A DNA stretch of 64,000 bases, from positions 1 through 64,000 of IMG/VR virus record IMGVR_UViG_3300042465_005830, one strand, 5' to 3'. Below are positions 1 to 11,555 of this stretch, piece by piece. Both the position numbers and the translations under genes were made by a program. Positions within the stretch are counted from its first letter, which is position 1, and the number at the start of each line of letters is the position of its first letter. Below the pieces are notes generated by a model. The model was given only the letters and a program-made list of their open reading frames with translations. It ran no database searches and was not told where the DNA came from. The DNA is from an uncultured virus (IMG/VR IMGVR_UViG_3300042465_005830). Its lineage: Duplodnaviria > Heunggongvirae > Uroviricota > Caudoviricetes.

Positions 1-1
1 C

Positions 2-646
2 TATAATGGAACCTTATTAAACTTAGGATCTTCGCAAGTACAAGCAGCAGGATTCTCAGGATCTTTTTCAGGATCATTCTCAGGAGATGGAGCAAACTTA
101 ACAGGATTAGTTTCTACTCTAAACGTATCTGGTTCAACAGGTAATGGAGCAATTGATATAAAAACTCAAACATTTACTATACAAGGTACTTCTTTAGAGG
201 TTGAGACAGCAATGTCAGGTCAAACTCTTACAATAGGGTTACCAAGTGATGTTACAATTGGAAACAACTTAACAGTATCAGGTGATTTATTTGTAAATGG
301 TTCAACTACTCAAATAAATACAACACAGTTATTAGTAGAAGACCAGTTCATTATATTAGCATCAGGATCAGCATCAGCAGGAGACGGTGGTATCATAATT
401 GATAGAGGTTCAGATGCATTAGGTAATATTGCCTTTGGATATGATTCAGCAACAGACAGATGGGGATACCAGAACGGATTAGTAGATACAGATAACGCAA
501 TCACAATCGGTACAAACGGAAATAGTGCATTTGCAGGATACGTATTCACAGAAGCAGCACACGTATCAGCTCCAACATCAGGAGAGTTTGTAGCAGCAGG
601 AGCAATTTACACAGCAACATCAGGAGATATTTTTATCTATTCATAA
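2..646 (+). CDS. 5'-truncated virion/tail-fibre-like structural protein
   Basis: The frame is open from position 2 through the ORF-track ORF 212..646. Gly/Ser/Thr-rich beta-strand composition (SGSFSGSFSGDG, LTVSGDLFVNGSTT) resembles the neighbouring fibre proteins. Confidence 0.6.
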   Translation, partial: YNGTLLNLGSSQVQAAGFSGSFSGSFSGDGANLTGLVSTLNVSGSTGNGAIDIKTQTFTIQGTSLEVETAMSGQTLTIGLPSDVTIGNNLTVSGDLFVNGSTTQINTTQLLVEDQFIILASGSASAGDGGIIIDRGSDALGNIAFGYDSATDRWGYQNGLVDTDNAITIGTNGNSAFAGYVFTEAAHVSAPTSGEFVAAGAIYTATSGDIFIYS

Positions 647-669
647 AATAAATTTTAAAAAAAGTTATA

Positions 670-852
670 ATGGGATTATTGGACAAGATTAACCCTTCAT
701 CAAAACAAGAAGAGGTTAACAGTTTTACAGCAGAAGAGTATAAATTTTTACTCTCAAAATTAAGATCGGCAACCTATACAGGACATGAATTTGAAACGTT
801 CTACAACATATGGGTTAAAGTAACAAAAGAATTAGAAAAATTAGAGAAATAA
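670..852 (+). CDS. hypothetical protein (60 aa)
   Basis: ORF with A-rich leader, followed by a terminator hairpin. Confidence 0.55.
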   Translation: MGLLDKINPSSKQEEVNSFTAEEYKFLLSKLRSATYTGHEFETFYNIWVKVTKELEKLEK

Positions 853-854
853 AC

Positions 855-876
855 AAGAGCCTTAGGGCTCTTTTTT
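855..876 (+). terminator. intrinsic terminator
   Basis: AAGAGCC-ttag-GGCTCTT hairpin followed by a T-run. Confidence 0.65.
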
Positions 877-924
877 GTTAGTTGATTCTTTAAAAAAAAT
901 CTCATAACTTAAAAAGAAAAGCAT

Positions 925-1149
925 ATGAACGTATTTACAATAGAAAATTTATCACTAGAAGAAATAAACCTCTTAAGACAATCACTTAACGTAATTGAAA
1001 TAAAAGGCAGTTCGGCTATCTTTGTAGCTACCCTTCAAGTAAAACTTGATCAAGAGATTTCTCAAATCCGTACCATGATTCAAGAAGAAGAAAAGAAAAA
1101 ACAAGCAGGTATTCGTAAAATAGAAAAAACTGCTAAAGCAGAATCTTAA
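925..1149 (+). CDS. hypothetical coiled-coil protein (74 aa)
   Basis: ORF track; charged helical composition. Confidence 0.55.
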   Translation: MNVFTIENLSLEEINLLRQSLNVIEIKGSSAIFVATLQVKLDQEISQIRTMIQEEEKKKQAGIRKIEKTAKAES

Positions 1150-1228
1150 GATATTTATATTATATATTATAGACCTGAGAAGGAAGTGGGCAGACACGAA
1201 TCTGTAACCAATCATAATACTACTTAAT

Positions 1229-4200
1229 ATGCCAAGTTGGAAAAAAGTCATAATTAGCGGCTCAGATGCTGCTTTAAACTCTCTTACCGTTTCAAACGGA
1301 ATAACAAGTTCTTTATTCGGAACTGCTTCATGGGCAGTTTCTGCTTCAAATGCTGTAACAGCTTCATATGCAAATTTTGCATTAACAGCATCTAATTCTC
1401 AAAATGCTCAAGACATTTTAATATATGTTAAAAATGTAACTGGAGCTCAAATCAACAAAGGAAAAGTAGTAAGAATATCAGGAGCAACAGGTGATAATGC
1501 TTTAATATCAACAGCCTCATATGAAAGTGATCCAGTTTCAGCTAACACTTTAGGTATTACCAATCAAGATATCCCTAATGATAGCTTTGGATATGTAATA
1601 ACTGAAGGTACCTTAATAGGAATAAACACAAATGCATTCTCAGCAGGACAATTACTTTATTTAGGAGCAGCTGGATCTATAATAGGAACAGCACCCGTAG
1701 CACCATTACATGCTGTAAGATTAGGGCAAGTACTAAGAGTACAGACTAATAATGGTTCAATGTATGTCCGTATTGATAATGGATATGAATTAGGAGAATT
1801 ACATGATGTAGTAGACACTACAACAACTTCATCATATGGAGATTTATTAGTAAAAAGTGGAAGTGTTTGGATTAATTCTAGACAATTAACCGGATCTTAC
1901 GGGTTAACAGGATCTTTAAATGCAACTTCTTTTGTAGGACCATTAACAGGAAACGCAACAACAGCTACAACAGCATCACATGCTTTAACAGCTTCACTGG
2001 CTCCAAACTATCTTCCTCTAACAGGAGGAACAATAACCGGATCACTTACTATAACAAATAATATAACAGTATTAGGATCTGCATCTATTCAATATATTTC
2101 AGAATCAACACTTAATATTGGTACAAATTTAATTACAGTAAACACCTTCAATCCTTCTACAAGATTTGGAGGATTAGCAGTAATTGATTCAGGATCATCA
2201 CCAACAGTATCTGGTTCATTCCTATATGATTCACTTCAAGATGAATTTATATTTGTACATAAAGGAACATCAGCCGGTGCAATAACATCATCTGTTTTCC
2301 TATTAGGACCAGAAACATATAATAATTTAGGTAATGAAACATACCTAACAGCAAACAGAATACCAAAAGGAACAGGTATAGAACATCTAAATGATAGTAA
2401 TATATCAGATAATGGATCAGTTGTATCAATAAACAGTACTACACAAGTAACAGGATCTTTAATAGTAACAGCAGGAATAACAGGTTCTTTACAAGGAACA
2501 GCTTCATACGCTTTATTTGCACAAACACCAACAGTAGCAGGGGCAACAGGAGCAACTGGACCTCAAGGTGCTACAGGAGTAGTAGGTGTATCAGGAGCTA
2601 CAGGATTGACTGGACCAACAGGACTTACAGGTCCAACTGGAGTCATCGGAGTATCTGGGGCAACAGGATTAACAGGTCCAACAGGAGTAAGTGGAGCTAC
2701 GGGAGTAGTCGGAGTAAGTGGAGCAACAGGTCTTACAGGTGCAACAGGAGCTACTCTAGCAGTAGTAAACAATACAGATAATTACATACTTACAGCAACA
2801 GGCGGTTCAACAGTAAATGGTGAAGCAAATTTAACATTTAATGGAAGTTCTTTAAATGTAAACGGAAATACAATTATAACAGGTTCTGCAGTAATAGGAT
2901 CAAGTTCTTTAGGACCAAGTGAAAATACTTTAACTTTAGGAGCTAGAGATACAGCAGGAGAAGGAGGTCAATTAGGATTTAATGCTTCAGGAGGTACTTA
3001 TACATCTGCGTCAATGTTTGATCTTTATCAAAACAGACTTAGAATACTAAGAGGTACAAACGCTGGAAGTGATGCAGAAGTAGCTTGGTGGAGTATGCAT
3101 AGTAAGCAAATGGCAATGCCGGCTTACAACAGCACAGCAGCATTTCCAGGAACAGCAGCAGCATATCTAGCAACAGATTCAAGTGGTAATGTAATTACAG
3201 TTTCTGGAATAGCAGGGGTAACCGGTGCAACCGGACCTACAGGTCCACAAGGAGCTACAGGACTAACAGGACCAACCGGTATTCAAGGAGCAACCGGTCC
3301 AATTGGAGTATCAGGAGCAACAGGACTTACAGGTCCAACCGGAGTATCAGGTGCAACAGGGGTAATTGGAGTAAGCGGAGCTACAGGATTGACTGGACCA
3401 ACAGGAGCAGTAGGTGTTAGCGGAGCTACAGGAGTAGTTGGTGTATCAGGAGCAACAGGTTTAACAGGACCGACTGGTATTCAAGGAGCAACAGGTCCAA
3501 TAGGAGTAACAGGTGCAACCGGAGTAATTGGTGTTAGTGGAGCAACAGGATTAACAGGTCCAACAGGGGTTACTGGAGCCACAGGACCAGGAGTAAGTGG
3601 TACAACAAATTATGTTGCTAAATTTACAAGTGGTACAGCCATTGGAAACTCTTTAATATTTGACAACGGTACAAATGTTGGTATTGGAACGACAAGTCCT
3701 ATTTCAAAACTTAATGTTTTAGGTAGTGGAACAACTTCAATAAGTATATCAAATTCAAATGCTGGAACAACAGCAAATCCAGAATTAACACAATTAAATT
3801 TTTTAGGATTTTCACAAGAAAATAGAGCAAGAATAGAAGCAACGGATGTTGCTAGTAGTGCAAACGGAAGCGAATTACGTTTTTATAATGCCAATACAAG
3901 TAATGTTTTAACCGAAAGAATGCGTATTGACTCTTCAGGTAACGTAGGTATTGGAACAACAACACCGTTTAGGGCTTTAGACATAAATGGATCATTAAGA
4001 ATACAGACACCAACAATTGACTTAGGTAATACAACTGACAATCAGATATGGGTTTCTTCAAATAATATAAATTTCAAAACAAACGGATCAGAAAAAGCAA
4101 TAATTACCTCAGCAGGTAACGTAGGTATTGGAACAACAGGCCCTTCCACGGCACTTCATATAGCTAAAGCAGCAGCCACAGCACCTATTGTAAGATTACA

Positions 4201-7200
4201 GACAACTGATAGTACAACAAACGGATCAGTACAGTGGGCAAATAGTGGTAATAATGTCTTCGCATTTATAGGTTCTAACACAAACGTTACTGATAGTGGT
4301 GGAAATTTAGAATTTGCAACAGGAGGAACTACCACAAGAATGATGATAAGCTCGTCAGGTAACGTAGGTATTGGAACAACAACTCCAAATGCAAAACTAG
4401 ATGTAAACGGTAATGCAATCATAACAGGATCACTTACAGTAACAGGAAAAATAACAGCAGAAGAATTCCATACAGAATTTGTATCATCTTCTATTATATA
4501 CCAATCAGGTTCAACAAAATTTGGTGATTCATCAGATGATGTAATGAATGTTACAGGATCAATAAAAGTACAAGGAAGTATAACAGGTTCATTATTTGGA
4601 ACTGCTTCTTATGCTATGTTTGCTCAAACACCAACAGTGGCTGGAGCTACCGGTATTCAAGGTGCTACAGGACCTCAAGGAGCTACAGGAGTAATAGGAG
4701 TAAGCGGTGCAACTGGGGTAATCGGAGTAAGTGGTGCAACTGGTTTAACAGGTCCAACAGGTGTATCAGGAGCAACAGGAGTAATCGGAGTATCAGGTGC
4801 TACTGGTCTTACCGGACCAACAGGGGTAAGCGGAGCAACAGGAGTAGTAGGGCCAACAGGAGTAAGCGGTGCTACCGGTGTAATCGGAGTATCTGGGGCA
4901 ACTGGTTTAACAGGTCCGACTGGAGTAAGCGGGGCAACAGGAGTAGTAGGGCCAACAGGTGTATCTGGGGCTACTGGGGTAATCGGAGTATCAGGTGCAA
5001 CAGGTGTAATAGGTGTTAGTGGTGCTACTGGACCAGTAGGAGTAACAGGTGCAACAGGACCAACCTTATCTATAAATGGAAATACAGATAATAGAGTATT
5101 AACAGCTACAGGAGGTTCAACAGTTGATGGTGAAGCAAATTTAACATTTGACGGAACAACATTAGGTACACCAAATGCTTCAATTGCAAACAATCTTCTA
5201 TTAAACGGAAATCACTACATTAGGCAAATAGCCCTACCATCACCAAGTGCAAATGCAGGTGGCGGTAGATGGTTTGTAAGATTATACCAAACCTCACAAG
5301 GAGCTTGTTTTATGGGAGGTAGAATTCGAGTAGGAGGTGCCTGGAACTGGGCAGCTATTATGGGAGTTCTTGAAATAGAGTTTGGTGTATATACATCAAA
5401 TAACAGTACCACAATAGATTCAGGACAGACAAGACAATCAGCAGCAGTAGGAGCAGCAAGAAATAGTTTAAGAATAGGAGATATAGAAGTAGTAGACGGA
5501 TGGGTAGGAGTATATGTATGGTCAGAGAATACAAACTCCCCAGTAGTTCTATTTGACGGATACTGCACTCAGACATTAAATTTATCATCTACTTCATGGG
5601 CTTCAAACAGCTTACCTGCCATAAGTAACACAGAAATCATAGGTGATATTTCAGCTACGACTTTTATAGGAGCTTTATCAGGAAATGCTGCAACAGCTAC
5701 CAATGCAGATACAGTAGACTCATTACACGCTGCTTCTTTTATAAGAAGTGATGCAGATGACGTATTTACAGGAAACCTAACTACCGGAGCAGATAACCAT
5801 ATAACATTTGGACCAAACTCAAGTTGGGGATCTTCTCTAAGAATAGGAGGAAATGGCAGAACTGCTACAGGAACTGAAATGGCAAGTATTGTTACAACAG
5901 ATGGTAACATACACCTAGACGCTGCAAACAGCAATAATGGAATATACTTAAACTACTACGCAGGAACAACAGGAACAGGGTTCGGTAACGGAGCATCAGG
6001 AATTGTTGCTTGGATGGGTTCAGATGGAGATCTATGGAAAGGATCATCAGACAATTCAGGAGATAAGTATTGGCATGCAGGAAATGACGGAGCTTCATCA
6101 GGATTAGATGCAGATTTATTAGATGGAAATCATGCAAGTGCTTTCCAATTAGCACTTACAAATCCAGTAACAGGAACAGGAGCAAATGGACGAGTAGCTT
6201 TTTGGACAGGAACAACTTCTCAATCTTCAAATGCGAATTTCTTTTGGGATAACAGTAATGGAAGGTTAGGTATTGGAACAAGCAGCCCTCAAAGACCATT
6301 AGAAGTAATCTCAGACGGTAATAATTTTGTTTCTGTTGGTGTTAATTCAATAGGTGTTGGTCAATTTGCAGGTATTCATTTTGGATATAGAGAATCTAAC
6401 AACTTATATAGAAAATCTGCAATAGTATTTGAAAGAACAGACCTCACAGCAAATAACGCTCAAGGAAAAATACATATACTAAACGGACCTCAAGGAGATG
6501 CAAATAACGCTACCCTTGCAGATGCTAAGTTAACAATTGCAGAAGACGGTAATGTAGGTATTGGAACTACAAGTCCAACTGCTAAATTACACGTTGCAGA
6601 CACAAACGAAATATTTGATAGTTACGGAAACATCAATGTATTTACAACTAATACAGCAGCGGCTGATATAGGGGGATCTATAGCATTAGGAGGAACAAAT
6701 ACAACAACAGGAACTACTCCATATGTTTTTGGAAAAATTCAAGGTATAAAAGAAGGAAGTGCTAGCAGTTGGAATGGAGCTTTAATATTAGGAACAACTA
6801 ATACCAACTCTTCTATTACGGAGAAGATGCGTATTACTTCGGCAGGTAACGTAGGTATTGGAACAAATAACCCAACAAACAAGTTAGATGTAGTTGGCGG
6901 ATTAGCACATTTTCAACAAAACGCATCCGTAGGAGCAGCATTTAGATGGGGTACGTACGGTACAGCTGTATCACCTGACACTATGTTATGTATGAACCAG
7001 CTATGGAATGGTTCAGGTTGGACAATATTGAATAGCAGTTACGGTACAACTTACATGAATCTAGGTTCTGCAGTAAGTTCTCCTGACATAGACTTTGGTA
7101 CGGGAGGAGCTAATACAGCAGGAACTACCAAAATGATTATCAAGAACAACGGTAACGTAGGTATAGGAGAATCTTCCCCTTCTCAAAAACTTCATGTTAG

Positions 7201-7819
7201 AGGAGATGAAGGTCAACCTGCAACTTCAGGTACAACTCAAAACGGAATCTTTAGAGTAGATCCAGCCAGTACAGAAGGATGGGGTGAAGCTCTAGACATG
7301 GGTATGCATATTGGGGTATCGGGTCCTGCAACGTATGCATGGCTACAGGCTACAAATAAAGGTAATCACGCTATAAATTATAACTTATCTTTAAATCCAA
7401 ATGGCGGTAACGTAGGTATTGGAACAACATCACCAGGATATAAACTAGATGTAAACGGAAATACAAACATAACAGGAACACTTACAGCAACTGTAAAATC
7501 GTTCATCATTGATCACCCAACCAAAGAAGGTAAAAAACTTCAATACGGAGTATTAGAGGGACCAGAACATTCAGTTTACGTAAGAGGAAAATTAACAAAC
7601 AACAATACAATTACACTTCCAGACCACTGGACAGGACTTGTACATGAAGATACAATTACAGTGAACCTAACACCAATAGGTAAAAGACAAGACCTATGGG
7701 TAGAAACGGTAACAGACACTACTATTACGGTAGGATCAGAAAATGAAATAAACTGCTTCTATACAGTATTTGCTGAAAGAAAAGATATTGAGAAATTAAT
7801 AACAGAATTCGATAAGTAA
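1229..7819 (+). CDS. long tail fibre protein with collagen-like G-X-Y tracts
   Basis: 2196 aa; three G-X-(T/S) triplet tracts; many [10 protein letters not shown] fibre repeats; DADLLDG motif. Confidence 0.85.
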   Translation: MPSWKKVIISGSDAALNSLTVSNGITSSLFGTASWAVSASNAVTASYANFALTASNSQNAQDILIYVKNVTGAQINKGKVVRISGATGDNALISTASYESDPVSANTLGITNQDIPNDSFGYVITEGTLIGINTNAFSAGQLLYLGAAGSIIGTAPVAPLHAVRLGQVLRVQTNNGSMYVRIDNGYELGELHDVVDTTTTSSYGDLLVKSGSVWINSRQLTGSYGLTGSLNATSFVGPLTGNATTATTASHALTASLAPNYLPLTGGTITGSLTITNNITVLGSASIQYISESTLNIGTNLITVNTFNPSTRFGGLAVIDSGSSPTVSGSFLYDSLQDEFIFVHKGTSAGAITSSVFLLGPETYNNLGNETYLTANRIPKGTGIEHLNDSNISDNGSVVSINSTTQVTGSLIVTAGITGSLQGTASYALFAQTPTVAGATGATGPQGATGVVGVSGATGLTGPTGLTGPTGVIGVSGATGLTGPTGVSGATGVVGVSGATGLTGATGATLAVVNNTDNYILTATGGSTVNGEANLTFNGSSLNVNGNTIITGSAVIGSSSLGPSENTLTLGARDTAGEGGQLGFNASGGTYTSASMFDLYQNRLRILRGTNAGSDAEVAWWSMHSKQMAMPAYNSTAAFPGTAAAYLATDSSGNVITVSGIAGVTGATGPTGPQGATGLTGPTGIQGATGPIGVSGATGLTGPTGVSGATGVIGVSGATGLTGPTGAVGVSGATGVVGVSGATGLTGPTGIQGATGPIGVTGATGVIGVSGATGLTGPTGVTGATGPGVSGTTNYVAKFTSGTAIGNSLIFDNGTNVGIGTTSPISKLNVLGSGTTSISISNSNAGTTANPELTQLNFLGFSQENRARIEATDVASSANGSELRFYNANTSNVLTERMRIDSSGNVGIGTTTPFRALDINGSLRIQTPTIDLGNTTDNQIWVSSNNINFKTNGSEKAIITSAGNVGIGTTGPSTALHIAKAAATAPIVRLQTTDSTTNGSVQWANSGNNVFAFIGSNTNVTDSGGNLEFATGGTTTRMMISSSGNVGIGTTTPNAKLDVNGNAIITGSLTVTGKITAEEFHTEFVSSSIIYQSGSTKFGDSSDDVMNVTGSIKVQGSITGSLFGTASYAMFAQTPTVAGATGIQGATGPQGATGVIGVSGATGVIGVSGATGLTGPTGVSGATGVIGVSGATGLTGPTGVSGATGVVGPTGVSGATGVIGVSGATGLTGPTGVSGATGVVGPTGVSGATGVIGVSGATGVIGVSGATGPVGVTGATGPTLSINGNTDNRVLTATGGSTVDGEANLTFDGTTLGTPNASIANNLLLNGNHYIRQIALPSPSANAGGGRWFVRLYQTSQGACFMGGRIRVGGAWNWAAIMGVLEIEFGVYTSNNSTTIDSGQTRQSAAVGAARNSLRIGDIEVVDGWVGVYVWSENTNSPVVLFDGYCTQTLNLSSTSWASNSLPAISNTEIIGDISATTFIGALSGNAATATNADTVDSLHAASFIRSDADDVFTGNLTTGADNHITFGPNSSWGSSLRIGGNGRTATGTEMASIVTTDGNIHLDAANSNNGIYLNYYAGTTGTGFGNGASGIVAWMGSDGDLWKGSSDNSGDKYWHAGNDGASSGLDADLLDGNHASAFQLALTNPVTGTGANGRVAFWTGTTSQSSNANFFWDNSNGRLGIGTSSPQRPLEVISDGNNFVSVGVNSIGVGQFAGIHFGYRESNNLYRKSAIVFERTDLTANNAQGKIHILNGPQGDANNATLADAKLTIAEDGNVGIGTTSPTAKLHVADTNEIFDSYGNINVFTTNTAAADIGGSIALGGTNTTTGTTPYVFGKIQGIKEGSASSWNGALILGTTNTNSSITEKMRITSAGNVGIGTNNPTNKLDVVGGLAHFQQNASVGAAFRWGTYGTAVSPDTMLCMNQLWNGSGWTILNSSYGTTYMNLGSAVSSPDIDFGTGGANTAGTTKMIIKNNGNVGIGESSPSQKLHVRGDEGQPATSGTTQNGIFRVDPASTEGWGEALDMGMHIGVSGPATYAWLQATNKGNHAINYNLSLNPNGGNVGIGTTSPGYKLDVNGNTNITGTLTATVKSFIIDHPTKEGKKLQYGVLEGPEHSVYVRGKLTNNNTITLPDHWTGLVHEDTITVNLTPIGKRQDLWVETVTDTTITVGSENEINCFYTVFAERKDIEKLITEFDK
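2540..2755 (+). repeat. collagen-like G-X-Y repeat tract 1
   Basis: [12 protein letters not shown] triplets in frame. Confidence 0.85.
3215..3595 (+). repeat. collagen-like G-X-Y repeat tract 2
   Basis: [12 protein letters not shown] triplets in frame. Confidence 0.85.
4643..5062 (+). repeat. collagen-like G-X-Y repeat tract 3
   Basis: [12 protein letters not shown] triplets in frame. Confidence 0.85.
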
Positions 7820-8553
7820 TGGCTGAGATTCATGGACCAAGACATAACAAAGTTTCAGACGTAAGAGGTCCTTCAGGTTTTTATTCAATAAAACTTGGAG
7901 GGGAATACGTTACTGTATATGTAGACCAGGAGTATGATGGTGGTGGTTGGATATGTGTATTAGCCAATAGGGAAAATACAGGAGGTATGACAAACTTAAC
8001 ATACTCAAATGCTGTAAATACAAGTAACTATAGGACAGGAGGTTCTGTAAATACAGCAGGACCGGTAGTAGATCCGTATTCACCTCTATCAGGATTATCA
8101 AATTATAATATTTGGATAGGAACTAAGTATTGGGAATTATTAGGAAAAAGAGTAAATTCAAGCTATGTAACAGTAGTACAATTTGTATCTTCGACAGTAG
8201 GAGCAGCATTAGGATCAACAGGATTACATGCAAAAAGATATAGGTGGAGATTTAATAGCTTTTCGAGTACTTACGCATTTACAGGAGTAGCAGCTATAAG
8301 CGATGAAACATCAACAGGAGCACCAGGTATGTACGGTTATCATGCTGCAAATGGATTCTCACTCTCAACTTACGATCAAGATCAAGATGCTTACGGAAGC
8401 AACTGCTCTACTGCTTTCGGTAACCAGCCATGGTGGTATGGAGCTTGTTGGGATGGTAATTACTTCGCTGCAGGAGGGGGATATGCTGCCCAACCTAACT
8501 GGGCAGGAGCAGGATCTGATTTACATAACTACGGAGCAGTTTATATAAAATAA
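7819..8553 (+). CDS. fibrinogen C-terminal-like (FReD) domain protein, putative adhesin
   Basis: VYVDQEYDGGGW, LSTYDQDQD..NC and PWWYGACWDGN match fibrinogen-C hallmarks (GGGW; FSTxDxDND; GWWYxxC). Confidence 0.65.
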   Translation: MAEIHGPRHNKVSDVRGPSGFYSIKLGGEYVTVYVDQEYDGGGWICVLANRENTGGMTNLTYSNAVNTSNYRTGGSVNTAGPVVDPYSPLSGLSNYNIWIGTKYWELLGKRVNSSYVTVVQFVSSTVGAALGSTGLHAKRYRWRFNSFSSTYAFTGVAAISDETSTGAPGMYGYHAANGFSLSTYDQDQDAYGSNCSTAFGNQPWWYGACWDGNYFAAGGGYAAQPNWAGAGSDLHNYGAVYIK

Positions 8554-8555
8554 TT

Positions 8556-8777
8556 ATGCCAGCAAACACACAATTAAAACCTATGAAATTAATACTCACT
8601 CAAGGAGTGGGTACATGGGATAAAGTAATTACAGATTTAGAAGGAAATATAATATTTGAACAAAGAGGATTAGTTTTATCTGAAGAAAATACTAATAAAG
8701 AATACTTCGACGGATGGGAAACTCAGTTAAGAGGATTACCATACTGGAACATAGTAGAAGTAGAAAGATTTATATAA
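8556..8777 (+). CDS. hypothetical protein
   Basis: Tightly packed ORF in the structural operon. Confidence 0.55.
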   Translation: MPANTQLKPMKLILTQGVGTWDKVITDLEGNIIFEQRGLVLSEENTNKEYFDGWETQLRGLPYWNIVEVERFI

Positions 8778-8778
8778 T

Positions 8779-9927
8779 ATGCCAGTAGCAGGAGGACCAA
8801 ATACATTAGGAGAAAGTAATTTAGTATTCGCTTACGATACAGGTGATGTGAGTAATTCCTATAGAGGACAACCTACGGTTAATGTACTTCCATCAAGTAA
8901 TGTACTATTAACATCGTATAATGATCATGGAGGTACTCATGTAACTGATACAGGATTTACTTTATTTGGAAATGCTACATTGAGGAATACTTCGAACCCA
9001 GCACAAGACTGGAATGGAGTTTACCTTACAGGACTATCCTCAATACTAACACCCGGTGTAACATATACCTATTCTTTCTATATATACTTTACAAGTGATA
9101 ATACTACTATATCTTATTTTGGATACGGTGCACCAGGATATACAGGGGTAAAAGGGCAATGGAATAGAGTATCGACAACTTTTACAGCTACTTCTCAGGA
9201 TTACCTTTACGTAACCCTGCAATATAGTAATGGTCAACCTGTATCAACTTACTATTTAGCTAATCTTCAAATAGAGCAAAAATCCTACCCAACTCAATTT
9301 GTAAATGGAACTCGTTCAGCAACACAAGGACTTCTTCCAGTAATAGGAAACAGTACCTTAGATTTATCAAATGTATCTTTTGATTCAAATGCTAAAATGG
9401 TATTTGATGGTACGAATGATTATGCTTCAGTAACACTTCCTTCAAGCATAGGGGTATACTGCTTAGAAATGGTATGGTATAATAATAATGCTATCCCTAA
9501 CAACGATACTGCAATTGGTGGTCCTACAACATACCAAACGCCCATAGAATTTAACGGGGATAGGACAGGGGTACATTTAGGAGCTTGGACAGGAGGAATG
9601 ACTAATGAAGCTATTCATATATGGTCAGGCGGAGGAGCAACATCAAATAGAGTATATGCAGGGGTAGGATACCACCACGTGTTGTTTAATTGGAATGGTA
9701 CAACTTACGATATATGGTTAGATGGGATCAAAACTGATATATACTATCAAAATGGGGTATCTCCTGCAACCTTGATAACAGCTACTTCTTTAAAGTTAGG
9801 TAGAGACGTAGATAATTATGCTTTTAATGGACAAATACCTGTAACAAAAATATACAACAGAGCATTAACAGCCCAAGAAGTAAGACAAAACTACCAACAA
9901 TACAAAACACGTTTTAATTTAAGTTAA
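8779..9927 (+). CDS. LamG/concanavalin-A-like lectin domain virion protein
   Basis: FDGTNDY ... FNGQIPVTKIYNRALTAQEV C-terminal LamG signature. Confidence 0.75.
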   Translation: MPVAGGPNTLGESNLVFAYDTGDVSNSYRGQPTVNVLPSSNVLLTSYNDHGGTHVTDTGFTLFGNATLRNTSNPAQDWNGVYLTGLSSILTPGVTYTYSFYIYFTSDNTTISYFGYGAPGYTGVKGQWNRVSTTFTATSQDYLYVTLQYSNGQPVSTYYLANLQIEQKSYPTQFVNGTRSATQGLLPVIGNSTLDLSNVSFDSNAKMVFDGTNDYASVTLPSSIGVYCLEMVWYNNNAIPNNDTAIGGPTTYQTPIEFNGDRTGVHLGAWTGGMTNEAIHIWSGGGATSNRVYAGVGYHHVLFNWNGTTYDIWLDGIKTDIYYQNGVSPATLITATSLKLGRDVDNYAFNGQIPVTKIYNRALTAQEVRQNYQQYKTRFNLS

Positions 9928-9928
9928 T

Positions 9929-11197
9929 ATGGCAGTAGCACAAGGATACGGAAAAACAGTCACATCAGGATCGGTGTTTGCTTACGATGTAGCAGATTTT
10001 AGAAATAGTTATATTGGACAGCCAGGTACTAACATAACAACAGGAGTTAATAGGAACTATAACGGATACAGCCTTACTACATACTCACCTGGTGTATTTT
10101 TTGAAACTAACGGATATGCTGAAACTGTAAATATACCAGCATTAGGAACAGTTAATGTGCAGAGCATTGAAATTAATAACTCAGCTTCAGGAAATGCATG
10201 CTGCCCTAATTTATTTAACTATACAGGAGGTTTCAACAGTCCCATATGGACTCCCGGCCAAACATATACTTATCAAATTATATTCAAAACACGTTCAGGA
10301 TATACACATCCTAATTTTATGTACCACTATCAATATACAAGTGGGGAATCATATATAACAGAGTATGGATTATTGGATACAAATAAAATGGAATCCCTAG
10401 GAGATGGATGGTTTCATGCTTGGAATACATTTACAGTAGGAGGAACTGCTGTTAAAGGATATACAGGATTATGGTACTATAACTATAATGTAGCAGATAA
10501 AGTATCAATAGCTGCTATAGCAATAACTCCTGGAAGTACAATAAGACCTCCTAAGCAAATAATACCATCAGGGACTACCCGTTCAGTAACACAAGGACTT
10601 TTACCATTGGTAGGAAATTCAACAATAGATCTAACAAACGTATCTTTTGATTCAAATGCACAAATGACTTTCGATGGTACGAATGATTATATTGCAGCAG
10701 GTAATCCTACAGCTTATAGAATGGGTACTAGTAATTTTACCCTTGAATGTGTAATGAAGCAGTCAAAAACTTCTGGACATTGCTTACTAGAGTCTAGGGG
10801 AGATAGTTTAGCAGGGTATCTATGGGTACATAACTACTACAGTACAGGACAGGGATGTCTTTTCTTAAACTACGGCGGTAACCAGTACTTGCATTTTCAA
10901 GACGGAGGATTTGTTGCAACAACAACAACACAGTACTACCACATGGCAATTGTAGTAAATAGGGTAAGTAATATTATTTCATTTTATGTAAATGGAAATA
11001 AGGTAGGAAACGATGTATCGATTCACAGTAATTCAATTAGCCCTACAGGAGGAGATAGGTACTGGGTAGGAGCAGATTTAGGAGGAAGTCCATGGCAGGG
11101 AGAGATACCTGTATTTAAACACTACAACAGAACACTTTCAGCATCTGAGTTAAGACAGAATTATTTACATTATAAAACAAGATTCAACTTAAGTTAA
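9929..11197 (+). CDS. LamG/concanavalin-A-like lectin domain virion protein (paralogue of the previous gene)
   Basis: FDGTNDY ... WQGEIPVFKHYNRTLSASEL; shares the linker and YKTRFNLS end with 8779..9927. Confidence 0.75.
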   Translation: MAVAQGYGKTVTSGSVFAYDVADFRNSYIGQPGTNITTGVNRNYNGYSLTTYSPGVFFETNGYAETVNIPALGTVNVQSIEINNSASGNACCPNLFNYTGGFNSPIWTPGQTYTYQIIFKTRSGYTHPNFMYHYQYTSGESYITEYGLLDTNKMESLGDGWFHAWNTFTVGGTAVKGYTGLWYYNYNVADKVSIAAIAITPGSTIRPPKQIIPSGTTRSVTQGLLPLVGNSTIDLTNVSFDSNAQMTFDGTNDYIAAGNPTAYRMGTSNFTLECVMKQSKTSGHCLLESRGDSLAGYLWVHNYYSTGQGCLFLNYGGNQYLHFQDGGFVATTTTQYYHMAIVVNRVSNIISFYVNGNKVGNDVSIHSNSISPTGGDRYWVGADLGGSPWQGEIPVFKHYNRTLSASELRQNYLHYKTRFNLS

Positions 11198-11209
11198 TAT
11201 TTATTATAT

Positions 11210-11551
11210 ATGAGTACACAATTTCCAAATAGAAGATGGTTAATAATACCAACCACAGCAACAGGATCGATTGATTTCAATCAAGTATTAGAATCATCAC
11301 CAGAGAGTTTAAGACTATCGGTAGATGGTACTAAGACTTTTATTAAGTATGAAATTATAGAAGTACCGGTTACATGTCAAACTGAATTTATAAATGCAGA
11401 AACAGGAGAACCTGAAGTATGTACTACAGAAGCAGGGGTATACGGAAGACCAAATATTTACCAAGAAGGTGATACAGAGTATACTCATGAAGAAATTCTT
11501 CATATATTATCAACTGAAGAGTGGACTAAACCAATGGAAGAATTAAGATAA
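11210..11551 (+). CDS. hypothetical phage protein
   Basis: ORF preceded by a TATTTAT motif. Confidence 0.6.
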   Translation: MSTQFPNRRWLIIPTTATGSIDFNQVLESSPESLRLSVDGTKTFIKYEIIEVPVTCQTEFINAETGEPEVCTTEAGVYGRPNIYQEGDTEYTHEEILHILSTEEWTKPMEELR

Positions 11552-11555
11552 GAAT

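Noticed and set aside
2563..5193. Minus-strand ORFs with PVAP/PVGP repeats, and other minus-strand ORFs in the track
   Set aside because: They are antisense shadows of Gly-rich + strand genes, with no independent coding signals.
7819..11197. Diversity-generating retroelement targeting the lectin genes
   Set aside because: No reverse transcriptase and no adenine-specific template/variable repeat pair are seen in the window.
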